Below are positions 27,301 to 39,882 of a stretch of 64,000 bases of DNA, in pieces. Below the pieces are notes generated by a model. That model searched no databases and was not told where the DNA came from. It saw nothing but the letters and a program-made list of their open reading frames with translations. This stretch comes from Balanoglossus misakiensis. Its lineage: Eukaryota; Animalia; Hemichordata. Where the stretch lies: contig CM082591.2 in NCBI GenBank assembly GCA_040954595.2, forward strand, positions 11,053,309 through 11,117,308, written 5' to 3'. Position 1 is the stretch's first letter. Each line of letters begins with the position of its first letter. The position numbers and the translations under genes are program-made.

Positions 27301-28952
27301 CCAATATAACAGGCTGTACGGATCCCATCGATACAATCACATTAGACATGAAAGATGCAATTCTTCAAAATCTAATAGCACATCACTGCGTATATAAAGC
27401 AATATCCGGGATAAACCAATTCTCAGATGGGATGAACATCTTGAATGTAAAGGAATTGATAAAGGCAGAACCTGGTATGTATACAGTCACTGATTAAATT
27501 GCACAGTTAATTTTCAAGATGTGGTGCCTAATTGCAAAAAATTGTCAATATGCAAATAAGCAATTAACTTGCATGCCACTGCCAACTGTCTCACAGCATT
27601 GTTAAATCTTAGAAATAGTATGATTATAATTTCTGCAAATTTTGCGAAATTTGTTCCAGTTATTGAAATATAGCTAGGTTATTCTCTTCAGGGTGCGGCA
27701 CAATCTCCACACAGAGACTAACCTAGCTAGGGAGTTTGACTAATAGCCACTATTCTCTGCCAGAGGCAAATTTAAATATTCCAGACCGGATCTTCTTTCA
27801 GTTCTGCGCGTGCTCAGTTGGTTCAATAAATATGGAAGCCATCTTGAATTGTTAATTTACATTTATGTAACCCAGAGCAGGATCTATGTTTTGCAAGTGT
27901 TCACAGAATCGAGGATCGACTTTGAAACTGGTGCATTTTTTAGTTCTTATATTTTTTGGTTCAAAATATTAAACATAAAAAAACAGGAAATGTATATTAT
28001 AGAAAACGCGCAACACCCAAAAAGTGGGTGTGAATTGTCGTCTGTGGCAGAGATTGGTGGGGGGTAGTGGTCGGACTCCCTAGCTAGGTTAGAATTATCC
28101 ACCCCAAGTGTTTGCGTGGAGATTGGGTGAGGCATTGGATTCACTTCACATGCAACACTTTCCAGATGAACCGTTTGATGAAAACAATACATGTAAACTT
28201 TGAATCTATCTAGGTAATATGGTGGTTCCAATGGAGGGATCTCTCTGTTAGGGGCTATCTATAATAAGACCAAGTTTTTAAAAATTAATCTGAACAGATA
28301 CACAGAGGTATATTTACGCAATCTTTTTTTATTCTTTTAATTAGGGTCTATGGAGCACTTCATGTGTTTCAGTAAGAAGTTGTATCCATCAGCTGATTAC
28401 TTTAAAGCTATGCATGTGGAATATAGTCCAAGTGGGTCGAATAACAGAACACAAGAAGAAACTACTATGTACTATTGGTTTGAATTCATCGATGAATGTG
28501 CTAAAGGTCAGTAACCACGTATTAAGTGCCAAAAAGATTAAAAATACAAAATGCAGTAAATTATTTCCCCTTTAAATAACTTTCTGCAGAAAAGGGTCTT
28601 ATGGGTTGAATGCCCACTTTATATATAACTCATGTGCATTCTCCAATTTTCATTTATTTTATGTCTTACAGGGAATCAGAAAGCAAGTCTGTATGCTGGG
28701 AGTGAAAATGAATCTACTGAAGTTGTCATAACACTTGCTGACATTCTGTCATTCTTCACAGGCGCACATTCAATACCCCCTTTAGGTTTCAAAGAAAGGC
28801 TGTCCATAGAATTTATCACAAATTCCACTGTTCCCACTTCCAATACATGTGCCAATACTCTGCGATTGCCAAGATATTTCAGCTGCATAGATGAATTCTC
28901 AGAGAGACTAACTTTTGCTCTAGCAAATAGTCGTGATTTTGGTAATGTCTAG
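21308..28952 (+). CDS. Transposon-borne HECT-domain E3 ubiquitin ligase (G2E3-like HECT) with UBZ4 zinc finger and SIM; about 748 aa, 8 exons
   Basis: Proposed exons: 21308-22027, 22574-22707, 23184-23279, 24889-24987, 26010-26523, 27234-27474, 28345-28506, 28672-28952. All introns are GT-AG and phase-compatible; total 2247 nt with no internal stop. HECT motifs: VSFIGESAVDDGGPRREF, YFTAGKMVAISLCHGGPG, NQFSDGM, ILSFFTGAHSIPPLGF, PTSNTCANTLRLP (catalytic Cys 28848-28850) and terminal DFGNV* with the -4 Phe. Small middle exons 3-4 are less certain. Confidence 0.85.
23891..24132. mobile_element. Degenerate hAT-like MITE in a ligase intron
   Basis: cagtgtttca at 23891 and tagctgaaacact at 24119-24131, with internal gggggattgcccc motifs. 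No clear TSD. Confidence 0.35.
26010..26523 (+). CDS. HECT domain N-lobe exon
   Basis: INILRSNFWQTAVRAI...KVSFIGESAVDDGGPRREFCSLL; acceptor atatag, donor gtgaga. Confidence 0.9.
27700..28125. mobile_element. Degenerate inverted-repeat element (MITE-like) in a ligase intron
   Basis: caatctccac...taacctagctagggagt near 27700-27737 is mirrored by actccctagctaggtta...gtggagattg near 28075-28125. Confidence 0.4.
28672..28952 (+). CDS. HECT domain C-lobe, final exon with catalytic Cys
   Basis: ITLADILSFFTGAHSIPPLGF...PTSNTCANTLRLP...DFGNV*; acceptor ttacag. Confidence 0.9.
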
Positions 28953-29689
28953 TAGATACAGAGTGCCAGTTGAATAGAAAGGACAGAAATGATCTAGCAA
29001 GCAATGAACTCACATTTAGGTGTGATCTATGGAATGTTATATCACAGTTGAATATTCTGAACTTAATTGCAAAGTTATATTGCAGAGGTGTTCCTCTATA
29101 TTGTCAATTGAGCATACAGTGTATTCTATTGATATACTGGGATACACTATACACGTTTAGCTCTGCTGTCAACAACGCAGAGCTTATCAGATAGGTGGAT
29201 TGTCCGTCTGTCAACAATTGACTTCTTCTCAGAAACCACAGTTCATACAGGCCGCTTGTTTAGAAGACTGTTACAAGATATCTCTGTTTTCGTGCATTAG
29301 CAAAAGACATTTTGTATTTTACATTGTATCTGTACTGTAATTCACTTGTTAGTACCACCAGAAATAGTCTGGAACAAGGATTATATATTTGGTTCCATGC
29401 TTTGGTTGAGATCCTTAGAATATCTTTATCCTTAGAATATCTCAAAAAATCAGCAACTAGCTTCTTTCCTTGAAATTATTCATTTACATGTGTGTTCCTC
29501 TGTCCACAGATGCGCATGTATGTATGCAAAGGGTATTCTGCCGCAAGAATATTGTCAAGAAACTTTGCACTTGCAATCTGGTATTGTACTATGTTTGTCT
29601 TAAGTACCGTCCAAGTCTATAGTAGCTAAGCAACATTATTGCTATTTTTAGAGTTGTGTTATGGACAATGTACCATGACATGTCATACA

Positions 29690-29860
29690 CCAATCTGATT
29701 AAAATTTGATGTAGAGATGGGGCGATCTTTCGCGCTCCGTATATATGGTCTTTTCTTCCGGGGTCCATTCCTCAGTATGGTCGGACCCCGGAAGAAAAGA
29801 CCATATATACGGAGCGTGAAAGATCACCCCATCTCTTCATCGGAGTTTAATCAGATTGGC
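29690..29860. mobile_element. ~170-bp palindromic MITE/hairpin between the convergent genes
   Basis: ~77-bp arms (ccaatctgattaaa...cttccggggtcc / ggaccccggaag...tttaatcagattgg) around a 16-nt loop, flanked by the direct repeat cataca(c). Confidence 0.75.
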
Positions 29861-30099
29861 CATACACATGCACTGTGTTTCGAGTAATCCAATCCAAGGC
29901 AGTTGATTTCTCCCAAGATTTTTTTTTGGGGGGGTGGGGAGGGGGTTATAAGTCCAATGGGCCTGGCCAGTGGCTTTCAAACACATAGTTGTGTTGTGCT
30001 TTAGTTATAAAGTTTTTAGTTACCAAGTAGTTAGACTCTTTTTAGGGGCTTCATGGTTCAGTGGCTAGATGGTGAGTGGGAGACCAAGCATGGCCATGA

Positions 30100-30170
30100 T
30101 GATGTGTCCTTGAACAAGGCACTTAACTTCTCATTGCTTCTTCCCCTACCCAGGAGTAATGGGTACCTCA
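30100..30170 (+). mobile_element. CORE-SINE-like fragment
   Basis: gtgtccttgaacaaggcacttaacttctc...cccagg...taatgggtacc resembles the CORE/MIR-type SINE central domain. Confidence 0.45.
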
Positions 30171-31160
30171 TCCTGTTATTGCAAATTGAATTTGCCTGTT
30201 GAATGATTGTTGAATAAAAAAATAAACAAAACATGTTCTTTTGTTAGTTACTTCATCTTGTCTTTATTCAAAGGGAACAGAGGTATGACTGGTTTTGTTG
30301 TAACTGTCTCTGTTGTGCTCAGTCAGAAAAAGCCTTCTTTGGGAACCATACACCACAAACTCCTCTAAAGTAGCATTAAAAAAATTGATAACCTTTATAG
30401 GGCTTCAATTTTATTGAAATCATAGGAATGGTGCTCTTTGACCTATACATAAACTTGAATAATGGAGTGAGGTGCTTTTATTTCTCTGTCCGTTGCCAAG
30501 TCTTAACCAATGTATATTGTACAAGCAATCTACGGTACATCAAAACATTCTACATATACAAGTTTTGTGACATTTTCAATAATGGTTTACAAAATATGTG
30601 ATATCAATACAGTGCCTGTAGCAAGTTTTTGAGATAAACAATATTTTCCAATCTTCATATGAAAAATAGTGACAATGACACTGTGCTCCCGTTTTCAAGA
30701 AATAGTGCATACCGTATAAAATTTTAAAGCTTTCAGTATCACTCAGACAAATAGTATCTGAGAAGATAATATTTTACCCCAAATTTAAGAAATCTCAAAA
30801 TTACAATAGAAAATTAAAATAGAAAATTCCAAATATCAGCACAAAATAAACAGATCTATATTAGCTCTTAATTGACATCTTTTTTTTCGTGGAGGGGGGA
30901 GGGAGCTCATATGCATATATACAACATAATTCAAACAAATTTCAATCAACAGTCCAGATGCATCCCTATCAATTGTTTTGTTTTTGTAGACAGACATACA
31001 CACATATAATATACATAACATGGATTCATGCATACATACATACATGTACATATGACAGACGTGTTACCCCAAAAGCTCTGCTTTGCCATAAACATATGGC
31101 AAATGGAAGACAATAAATCTTGAGGTTTACAATCTGCATAAAGACCAAAACAAGTCTTCT

Positions 31161-34100
31161 TTATTCCCTGTTTTCCAACACTCTCTTGACAAAGTTAATC
31201 ACATCTTGATACACTGATATGCCGTACATATCACCATCTCTTAATGGGTCAATGGAACCGATGAGATCGTCAAATTCATCAACTTCTAAAGGACAACAAA
31301 CTATGGGAATCTCGACTCTGGCATCTGTTGTATCTTCTGGAAGAGGTCCATCCCAGTCAATCCCATAATGCATGATTTCGTCCTTTAAAAAATATAAAAG
31401 ATTCAGTTTAAAGCACAAAAATCAAATCTGTTTCTTATTATCGTCCACTATCTGTGATTTCCATAAAAGAACACTAAGCATCATCACTATATCTCCTATT
31501 TTCCATCTTTTGACATATTATCTTTAAAGAGCAAGGGTCAGCCAGTTAAAAAGAAACAGTCGCAAAGTTTGGTTTGAGATACCATCTGCCAATTACAAAT
31601 TTTGTATGTCGCACTTATTTTCAATTCTTTTCAGTTAGGAAATGTCCCTCTGAAGATATTTTGATGTGTGAATTGTGAGAAACAAATGCTCAGCATGAGG
31701 ACTTTTGAAAGTGCATGGAACCTGCACCTGTACATACCTCAGTTCTTGGTTCAAATAGTTCTCTCATTGGTCTGTAATTTGAGCCTGCCATTTCCATAGA
31801 ACCTTGAATCCAAAGCTGTCTTGGCGATCTGCTATTTGCAGTGCTAAGTTTGTGTTGATTCCAACCTTCTTGCCAGTGCTGAAGATCTCGATTTATTCTT
31901 GGTAAATATGTAAAGTGCAGACAGAACATATCTATGTCACTTTCTATATCAAGCAGCAATTTATCTTCGAGGTAGTAAAACAGGTTGTAGTATTTAAATA
32001 AAATACCACAAAATACATCACGCCATAAACGTTCTATCCTCTGGTTGTGTACACTCTTGCCAGATATGAAACTTCCCCTTCCCGGTCCTCTAGCTGGATG
32101 ATTGAGCATAAATAGTGAAACAGATACATTTTCACCACCTTTGTCAGCTCTCACCCGAGATGGGACTCCGAATCTTTGAGTGGCATCTTCAAAACTTTCA
32201 AGAACTGTGTCAGATCTGTTGTTGTCACTGCATACAAGATAGACCACCATTCTTGAGAAACCATCCACTCCACCATGTACTACTAACTTCCATCTATGGA
32301 CAACAAATTGACAGAAATGGCTTGTCAAGTGATGTTGATACAGGTCTGAAAATGAAACCTTTACTGATAAAAATAGCATTATTGACACCACAACTCCATT
32401 TTGGTATATTGCATCCATCCATGCATCACATGCAATATCAAATTGAATGGTTACTGTACATAACTCAATCAAACATTTAATCTTCTTAGCCCCTTCTATA
32501 ATCCATGGCTATCAAATGGTCTGTCCCTTATGATGGATGTCAGACAAACTTTGGTCATTGTTGAGCTGTTAGTGAAATATGATCCTGCCTATTTAGATTG
32601 TCAGTTCATACAACTTGCTGCAATATCACAAAATACTTCGCCAGTGAATTAAATCGGGGTGTAGTGACATAAATGCAAGCTTTCTTAAAGGGACAAAGTC
32701 TCTCTCTCGCTGCCCCCTTTCCATTAATTATGTTTGATACCAGACACAGTTTATGTTAATGTACATGTGGATATATAGTGAATCAATGATCAACCACACA
32801 AAACTTCCATCCCACTTGTATGATATGAGAGTAAAACTTGCCCAAAATAAATAAATGGTAAAGAACGATTATTCATTTTGGCGAGTTTTTTCACTCTCCT
32901 GTCTATAAGGAGGATGGAAGTTGTGTGTGGTTGAACGTTCATTCACTATATATCCACATGTAGAATAACAAACGGTGTTTTGTATCAAATATAATTAATG
33001 GAAAAAAAAGGGCAGCGAGAGAGAGACTTTGTCCCTTTAATTTCTAAAAACATTTCATCTTATACTGTCAGGACATTGTCCTCCCATTTAATCAGAATTG
33101 GTACACTCAAGTGTGAAATACATCAATTTTATTTGGACTCAATTACCAAAACAAACCCAACAAGATACCTTTAGCATTAAATTTATACATTTTTTATCAG
33201 ATGATAGATAAGTCTGATGGCAAACATTGCCCGGAACCTGCAAACCGAAGTTCAAAGCAACTGGACAAGCAATTTCTGAAAAAGAGACCCAAAAATTTGA
33301 CCCCAAAATCAACCGAATGAGAATAATATTTTTATCATAATCTTTTACACATCACAATAAGAACAGAGCATCCTACAAACCATTTTTTAAGATAGGACAG
33401 GCAATTTCTGAGAAATGGACTTTTTAATAACATCGCAAAAATTGCCCTAAAATACAATATAAATATTTTCAACATAATTATGCTAATATCATCAAGTATT
33501 TTACCCGAAAAATGTTTTGTGAATTGTTATGTGATTGCTGAATTAGCTGGGATAGAGCACCAACATTATCCTATAAATATATTTCAGCCAGCCGTTTTTT
33601 AGAACACATTTGTCCATACGCATGGAGACCTTCGGTTTGAGTATTTCACAGGCTTGACCAATAAGTACACTAACCTACCTTATCAGTTTATGGTTTCCAT
33701 CTATGTGCCACAATGCATTAGGGCACGGAACATTGTACTGCCGCCTACGTATTGCAGTTCTTCTCCTACTGACAACTCCACTGTGATCTACACGTCGAAG
33801 GCTTTCTCTGACTCGAAAAATTGCCACACGTTTACCTTCGGCAAGTAACAGTCCATGTAGCCTTTTCATTCCCGTGTTTGGAAGACGATTGGTTATGTCA
33901 GTAACCATTCCATCAAGCTCTTCATCAGACAACTCCGCATATGATTCCGCAATTGAAATGCCATACTCGTACATACGTCTTTGTATGGTTCGTATCGAAA
34001 CGCCAAGCATTTTTGCCACTGCTGGTACGCTAAATCTTTCTGCTACAAAGAACTGCAACTGTTCTTTCGGGATATCGAAGCGAGGTCTACCACGCTCCCC

Positions 34101-34373
34101 GGAACTCACTTTGTATGAACGATACGGCCAACAGACGCTTGGACCAATGTTCTGTGACTGATTATCAAGAAAATCTATCAAAGTTGTCATAGCAAGACTG
34201 AGTTGTGCAAACACGTTGTCTGGGACATCAGTATGGATGCATAATTGGACCAGTTCTTCTTCTTGTAAAACGATGTCGTCAAACACAGCTTCCAACTCAC
34301 TTGGTCTAGTTACTGACCCAAGTGCGGAAGCAATATCGTACAACCGTCTTGTTATTACTTGTACAGTCGCCAT
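31161..34373 (-). CDS. IS3EU-type DDE transposase/integrase-core protein, about 490 aa, 3 exons
   Basis: Exons 34373-33679, 32293-31738 and 31382-31161 total 1473 nt, with GT-AG introns and an in-frame join HKLIR|WKLVVHGG. N-terminal GRPR plus HTH ([16 protein letters not shown]) and a second helical domain (LSDEELD...GMKRLHGLL). Catalytic core [46 protein letters not shown] gives DD36E. Confidence 0.92.
32689..33036. mobile_element. 348-bp Kolobok-like MITE with TTAA TSD in transposase intron 1
   Basis: TTAA|agggacaaagtctctctctcgctgccc...gggcagcgagagagagactttgtccct|TTAA, imperfectly palindromic over most of its length. A related end occurs at 9155-9174. Confidence 0.8.
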
Positions 34374-34931
34374 TTTGTGCAATGAATTCTGGGTACCGGG
34401 CAAGAGTTCAAATAATAAAGTAGGTCAGATAATGTCGAGCGAACCAAATAATGGCCGAGGTAATGGTCGAGGTAATGTCGAGACCACGACATAAATACCA
34501 AAGAACCAAATAATGGCCAAATAATGACATAATAGCATAATGATGATGAGAAAACTTCCAAATAAAGACATCAGTACTGAAAAATGACATAATAACGGCC
34601 AAAGAACCAAATAACGGCATAATAATGACCGAGGTAATGTCGAGCGAACCAAATAATGGCCGAGGTAATGGTCGAGGTAATGTCGAGACCACGACATAAA
34701 TACCAAAGAACCAAATAATGGCCAAATAATGACATAATAGCATAATGATGATGAGAAAACTTCCAAATAAAGACATCAGTACTGAAAAATGACATAATAA
34801 CGGCCAAAGAACCAAATAACGGCATAATAATGGCCAAGGTAATGGCCAAATAATGACATAATAGCATAATAATGATGAGAAAACTACCAAATAAAGACAT
34901 CAGCTATTTTTGGCGGTGTTCTCACCCCATA
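34366..34931 (-). repeat. Right terminal inverted repeat (566 bp), containing the transposase start codon
   Basis: Mirror of 20657-21222 (coordinates sum to 55588). ATG at 34373-34371 on the - strand. Confidence 0.96.
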
Positions 34932-34969
34932 ACACAGTTGGAGATATTGTCATATGTGATTACTGATTA

Positions 34970-35360
34970 ATTCATTCATTCCTTCATTCATTCATTCATT
35001 CATTCATTCATTCTTTCATTCATTTGTTTATTGTCTGCTTGTTTGTTTATTCATCACTCCATTTATCAATTCATTTTTTTCATTCATCAATTCATTCACT
35101 CCTTTACTTGTGTGTGTGTCTCTTTCTCAATGTACACGCTCATGTATGTTTTGGTATGTCTGCCTTATGTATGTACCTGCCTACCCAGGTCTGTGTGTAC
35201 TATTGTTATGTATGTATTATACTGTATACCCTAGGGAACATATGTATGTATATACGTATGTAACGTGGTTATGTTTGTAACATGATTATGTATGTATGTA
35301 TGTATGTATGTATGTATGTATGTATGTATGTATGTATGTATGTATGTATGTATGTATGTA
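34970..35360. repeat. (TTCA)n and (TATG)n microsatellites
   Basis: ttca run at about 34970-35025; tatg run at about 35287-35360. Confidence 0.9.
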
Positions 35361-36430
35361 TGTGTATACCAGAATTTTATGAAGTGTGATGTGTGGGTAT
35401 GCATGTATGTATGTATTTTTTGTATAAATGATATAATTTACTTGGTGAGCAATGACAAGACATGTCACATGCTCAAACCTTTTTTGGTTTCTAGGCCTAC
35501 TCTCTGGTTGTATTGTGGCATCTGTTGTGATTGCCAGGTTGTCTTTTTTGAATTCATTTTTGAATTTTCAAACTTTGGTATCTAGGCCTACTCTTTGGTT
35601 TTGTTGTGGCAACCGTTGTGATTGCCAGTTGTCTTTTTTGAATTCATTTTTGAATTTTCAAACTTTGGTATCTAGGCCTACTCTTTGGTTTTGTTGTGGC
35701 ATCCGTTGTGATTGCCAGTTGTCTTTTTTTAATTACCTGCCTTGTCCTGTCCCTGCCAGGTCCTGTCCCCTGACCTTTACCCTGTACCCTGGCCTGTCAT
35801 GTACCCTGTACTCTTACCTTTACCCTGTTCCCAGGCCTGTCCTGACATGTCCCCTGTCCTTTACCCTTTACCTAGCTGACCTGTAATATACCCTGTCCCC
35901 ATCCTGTCTGTAACCCTTTCCCCTGTCCTGTCCCCATGTATGTATGTATGTGTATACCAGAATTTTATGAAGTGTGATGTGTGGGTATGCATGTATGTAT
36001 GTATTTTTTGTATAAATGATATAATTTACTTGGTGAGCAATGACAAGACATGTCACATGCTCAAACCTTTTTTGGTTTCTAGGCCTACTCTCTGGTTGTA
36101 TTGTGGCATCTGTTGTGATTGCCAGGTTGTCTTTTTTGAATTCATTTTTGAATTTTCAAACTTTGGTATCTAGGCCTACTCTTTGGTTTTGTTGTGGCAT
36201 CCGTTGTGATTGCCAGTTGTCTTTTTTGAATTCCCTGCCTTGTCCTGTCCCTGCCAGGTCCTGTCCCCTGACCTTTACCCTGTACCCTGGCCTGTCATGT
36301 ACCCTGTACTCTGACCTTTACCCTGTTCCCAGGCCTGTCCTGACATGTCCCCTGTCCTTTACCCTGTACCTAGCTGACCTGTAATATACCCTGTCCCCAT
36401 CCTGTCTGGTACCCTTTCCCCTGTCCTGTC
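35350..36430. repeat. Tandem duplication (588-bp offset) with internal ~89-bp subrepeats and pyrimidine-rich cctgt tracts
   Basis: Near-identical ORF starts at 35452 and 36040. The motif tctaggcctactct recurs at about 90-bp spacing. More degenerate copies continue to about 36950. Confidence 0.85.
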
Positions 36431-36964
36431 CCCTATCCCCATTTGGTCCTGTCCATAGCCTGTACCCTGGCTTGTCCTCTTCCTAGCTACCCTACCCAGG
36501 GTTGTATTTTTCAATTCATTTTCGAATTTTCATAAAGTTTGGGTGTTTGGAAGTACATCTACTCTATGGTTGTATTTTGGCATCTGTGATGACCTGTCCT
36601 GTCCCCTGGCCTTTACCCTGTCTCCTGTTCTGTTCTGTCCCCCTCCAGGTCCTGTTCTTGGCCTGTACCCTGGCTTGTCTTCTTCCCTACCCTACCCAGA
36701 GTTGTATTTTTCAATTAATTTTTGAATTCTCATAAATTTTGGGTGTTTGCCAATTCCCCTACCGTGTCCCCTTGCCTTTATCCTTTTCCCCTGTCTTGTC
36801 CTGTCCCTACCAAGGGTTGTATTGTTTAAATCTTTTTTGAATTTTCATAATTTTCTGGTGTCTGGAAGTACTCTTGTGGTGTTTTTGGCATCTGTGATTG
36901 TCATACTTATTTTTTTTTTTGAATTCATATTTGAATTTTCGTTATTCTAGGCATGTCTTGGTTG

Positions 36965-37640
36965 TATTTAGTTATCTGATGAAGCTGGTTCACTACACAT
37001 ACAGAAGAAGTCCCTCTTCAAGCAAATTATGTCTTTGCACGCGCATCTGTCGCTTGCTGCAGTGTCCTTTCTGATTTTCATGATTCTTCGCGTGTCTGGA
37101 TTTTTTGTGGTTATCTGATGAAGCTGGTTCACCACACTTGCAGAAGAAGTCCGAAGATTGCAGTCCCTCTTCAAGCAAATGATGTCTTTGCACGCGCACC
37201 TGTCGCTTTCTGCAAGGTCCTTTCTGATTTTCATGGTTCTTCGCGTGTCTGGATTTTTTGTTATCTGATGAAGCTGGTTCACCACACTTGCAGAAAAAGT
37301 CCGAAGATTACAGTCCCTCTTCAAGCAAGTGATGTCTTTGCACGCGCACCTGTCGCTTTCTGCAATGTCCTTCCTGATTTTCATGGTTCTTCGCGTGTCT
37401 GGATTTTTTTTTGTTATCTGATGAAGCTGGTTCACCACACTTGCAGAAGAAGTCCCTCTTCAAGCAAATTATGTCTTTGCACGCGCGTCTGTCGTTTCTG
37501 CAATGTCCTTTCTGATTTTCATTGTTCTTCGCGTGTCTGGATTTTTTTGTTATCTGATGAAGCTTGTTCACCACACTTGCAGAAGAAGTCCCTCTTCAAG
37601 CAAATGATGTCTTTGCGCGCGCGCCTGCTGCTTTCTACAA
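36965..37640. repeat. ~136-153-bp tandem repeat, about 5 copies
   Basis: ttatctgatgaagct at about 36972, 37111, 37261, 37414 and 37550. Confidence 0.9.
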
Positions 37641-37744
37641 TGTATTTTCCCATATTATAAATAAAGAATGTGTATATGTGTGTATGATCATTTTAACATT
37701 TATCTCTGTGTCCTTTTTTCCTTTTTTAGGGTATGTCTTTAATG

Positions 37745-38790
37745 AAGTTTTTCCAATGGCTATAACAGATGAGAAGGGTTAAATTGCAATATGTTTTGAT
37801 ACTACCATATGTGCGACATGACTAACTTGATTTGATGATGAAGAAAAATTGCAATAGATCCTTCAAGTCCAGTATAGTTTCCTGGGATCAGTTCATTAGT
37901 CGCTTTTCACATGTGTCTGTAGTGCTCAACAGTTTGATATACCGCTATATATTTTATTTTTCACATTTTAATATAGAATTTGTGATGCATGCATCATGTG
38001 AATCTTTATAGTGTTTTAAATTTTAGACGAACATTTTCTTTACAAATACATAAATAATGTGTTTGCAGAAGCCATATAGGCATAATGTTTATTTTATTTG
38101 GGGTGGGAGTGGAGTATAATAGCAGTAAATTTGCTCATAAATTGAATATTATCGAGCCCATGCAACACGGCTTACAGGCAACACATTATTTGTACTTTTT
38201 GAACCATAAAAAACTTAACATTTTAGTATTTATTTTTCCAAAGTTTTCTATTTTTGATACACTTGCAGATTTCAGTTATTTTGCATTTGAACATTCATCT
38301 TTATGTCCTTTTCCCTCAATGTTACGAGGGCTTTAATGAAACTTTTTCTAATGGCTACATTAGATAAGGTTTCACTTTGTTTTTGCTTGACATTGTTAAG
38401 AGTTTATTATTTGTGGAACAGTTTTGATGTCAGTGTGTGTTTGGAGATTTCATCATTTATCTCAGTGTTAACGTCTTTTCTCCCAATTTCGGGATCTTTA
38501 AGAAGTTTTCCCAGTGGCTATAACAGATGACAAGGTTTCAATTTGCAATATATTGGAGAATTCCATATGTATTGCATAACTAACCTGATTTCATGATGAA
38601 AACAATTGCAATAGATCCTTCAAGTCCAGTATAGTTTCCTGGGATCAGTTCATTAGTCACTTTTTACTGCAAGCATATGCAGTGGTTGACATTCAGTTTT
38701 CAGTTACTTTACTTTCAAGTCTAGTATACTTTTTCTGTTATCAGACCATTTAGTGACTTTTCACACAACGTTTGTGTGCAGCAACAGTTT
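37745..38790. repeat. Diverged direct duplication, offset about 760 bp
   Basis: tggctataacagatga...gatccttcaagtccagtatagtttcctgggatcagttcattagtc occurs at about 37757-37901 and again at about 38515-38658. Confidence 0.75.
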
Positions 38791-39360
38791 GATATTATCC
38801 TTCTTCCTATTTTAATATGAATTTTATTTGAAGTTTTTATGAGATTTATTCTCATACATGCATCTTGTATACATCTTGTATACATCTCGTATACATCTTG
38901 TATGCATAATCAGCATTGTTGTTGTTTAAAAATTTATTCAAGTGATTGTGGCCCTTTATTTGTAGAAATTACTTTATTTATAGAACACCATCCCCTTTGT
39001 AAATTTACTGAAACACTTCATTAATTCAGTGATGAAGTATTAATTTTAATCAGTTTACCCGTAATTATCAAATTTTGCTTGATTTTTTAAAATGTTCGAC
39101 ATTATCTTACGCTTTCTACAATATATTTATGCCAGATTAGCATGTTTATTTGAAGTTAGCTTTACAAGAGGTATTAATGGAAAATTCAATTCTTTGTTAA
39201 CTTTATAAATCACCTACGCTTTCCCAGTTTTTTCCCTTATGAATAAAAGGGTTTTCCTGGGTTTTGGCGCGGGGTGAATTTTTAGTTCTGACTTTATTTA
39301 TAAAAGGACATGATAATGTGAATTGTTGCAGTTTGTTTTATTGCAATATTTTGCGGTCTC

Positions 39361-39818
39361 TATTGAACACCTATTGCCTGGCCATGAGGGCCATAGCGGC
39401 CGTTTATTACACCCGAGGGGCTGTGAGTTACCAGAATCATATGCTATTTCCCGAGGCCGCAGGCCGAGGGAAATAGCATATGATTCTGGTAACTCACAGT
39501 CACGAGGGGGTAAAAACGGCTGCTATGGCCCGAATATAGGCCAGGCTATAGGTGTTTTATAATAAACCTCATGCTAACAGCTGGGAAAATCTTGCAATTT
39601 TCTCTTGAGGTTGGCAGACGACATCTTCCGCGGTGGCCATTGTGTCAGACGACGCGACGCTGATTGACGTGACCGAGTCTGCGCACTCACGCTGGTCACG
39701 TGACCGGTTTATATTTTTTCTGCTATTTCCCTAGCGGTTCATAGTCGATTCTATTTTCCTATCATGTGACGGATTCTGGCGAATCACGGCACAGTATTAG
39801 CATGAGGTATATTATAAT
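39361..39818. mobile_element. Non-autonomous palindromic element: ~200-bp hairpin plus a second short inverted-repeat pair
   Basis: Arms at 39361-39452 and 39468-39563 surround gaggccgcaggccga. acctcatgctaa (about 39566) pairs with ttagcatgaggt (about 39797). Confidence 0.65.
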
Positions 39819-39882
39819 TCTGTCTATGTGTCAAAGGGAAATTGTGGGTCCTTCTATAGGGTAGGTAAATGACATTGTCACC

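Larger units (their letters stand above)
20657..34931. mobile_element. Full-length autonomous IS3EU-like DDE DNA transposon (14,275 bp) carrying a HECT E3 ligase gene
   Basis: Ends are TATGGGGTGAGAACACCGCC...GGCGGTGTTCTCACCCCATA. TSD ACACAG at 20651-20656 and 34932-34937. 566-bp TIRs enclose two convergent intact genes. TAY..RTA ends, a 6-bp TSD and an IS3/integrase-like transposase match the IS3EU superfamily as I recall it. Confidence 0.88.

Noticed and set aside
20657-34931. Polinton/Maverick, LTR retroelement or bacterial IS3 contamination
   Set aside because: Size, long TIRs and a 6-bp TSD resemble a Polinton, but there is no pPolB, capsid, ATPase or protease and the ends are not AG..CT. 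There is no RT and no direct LTRs. Both genes have spliceosomal introns.
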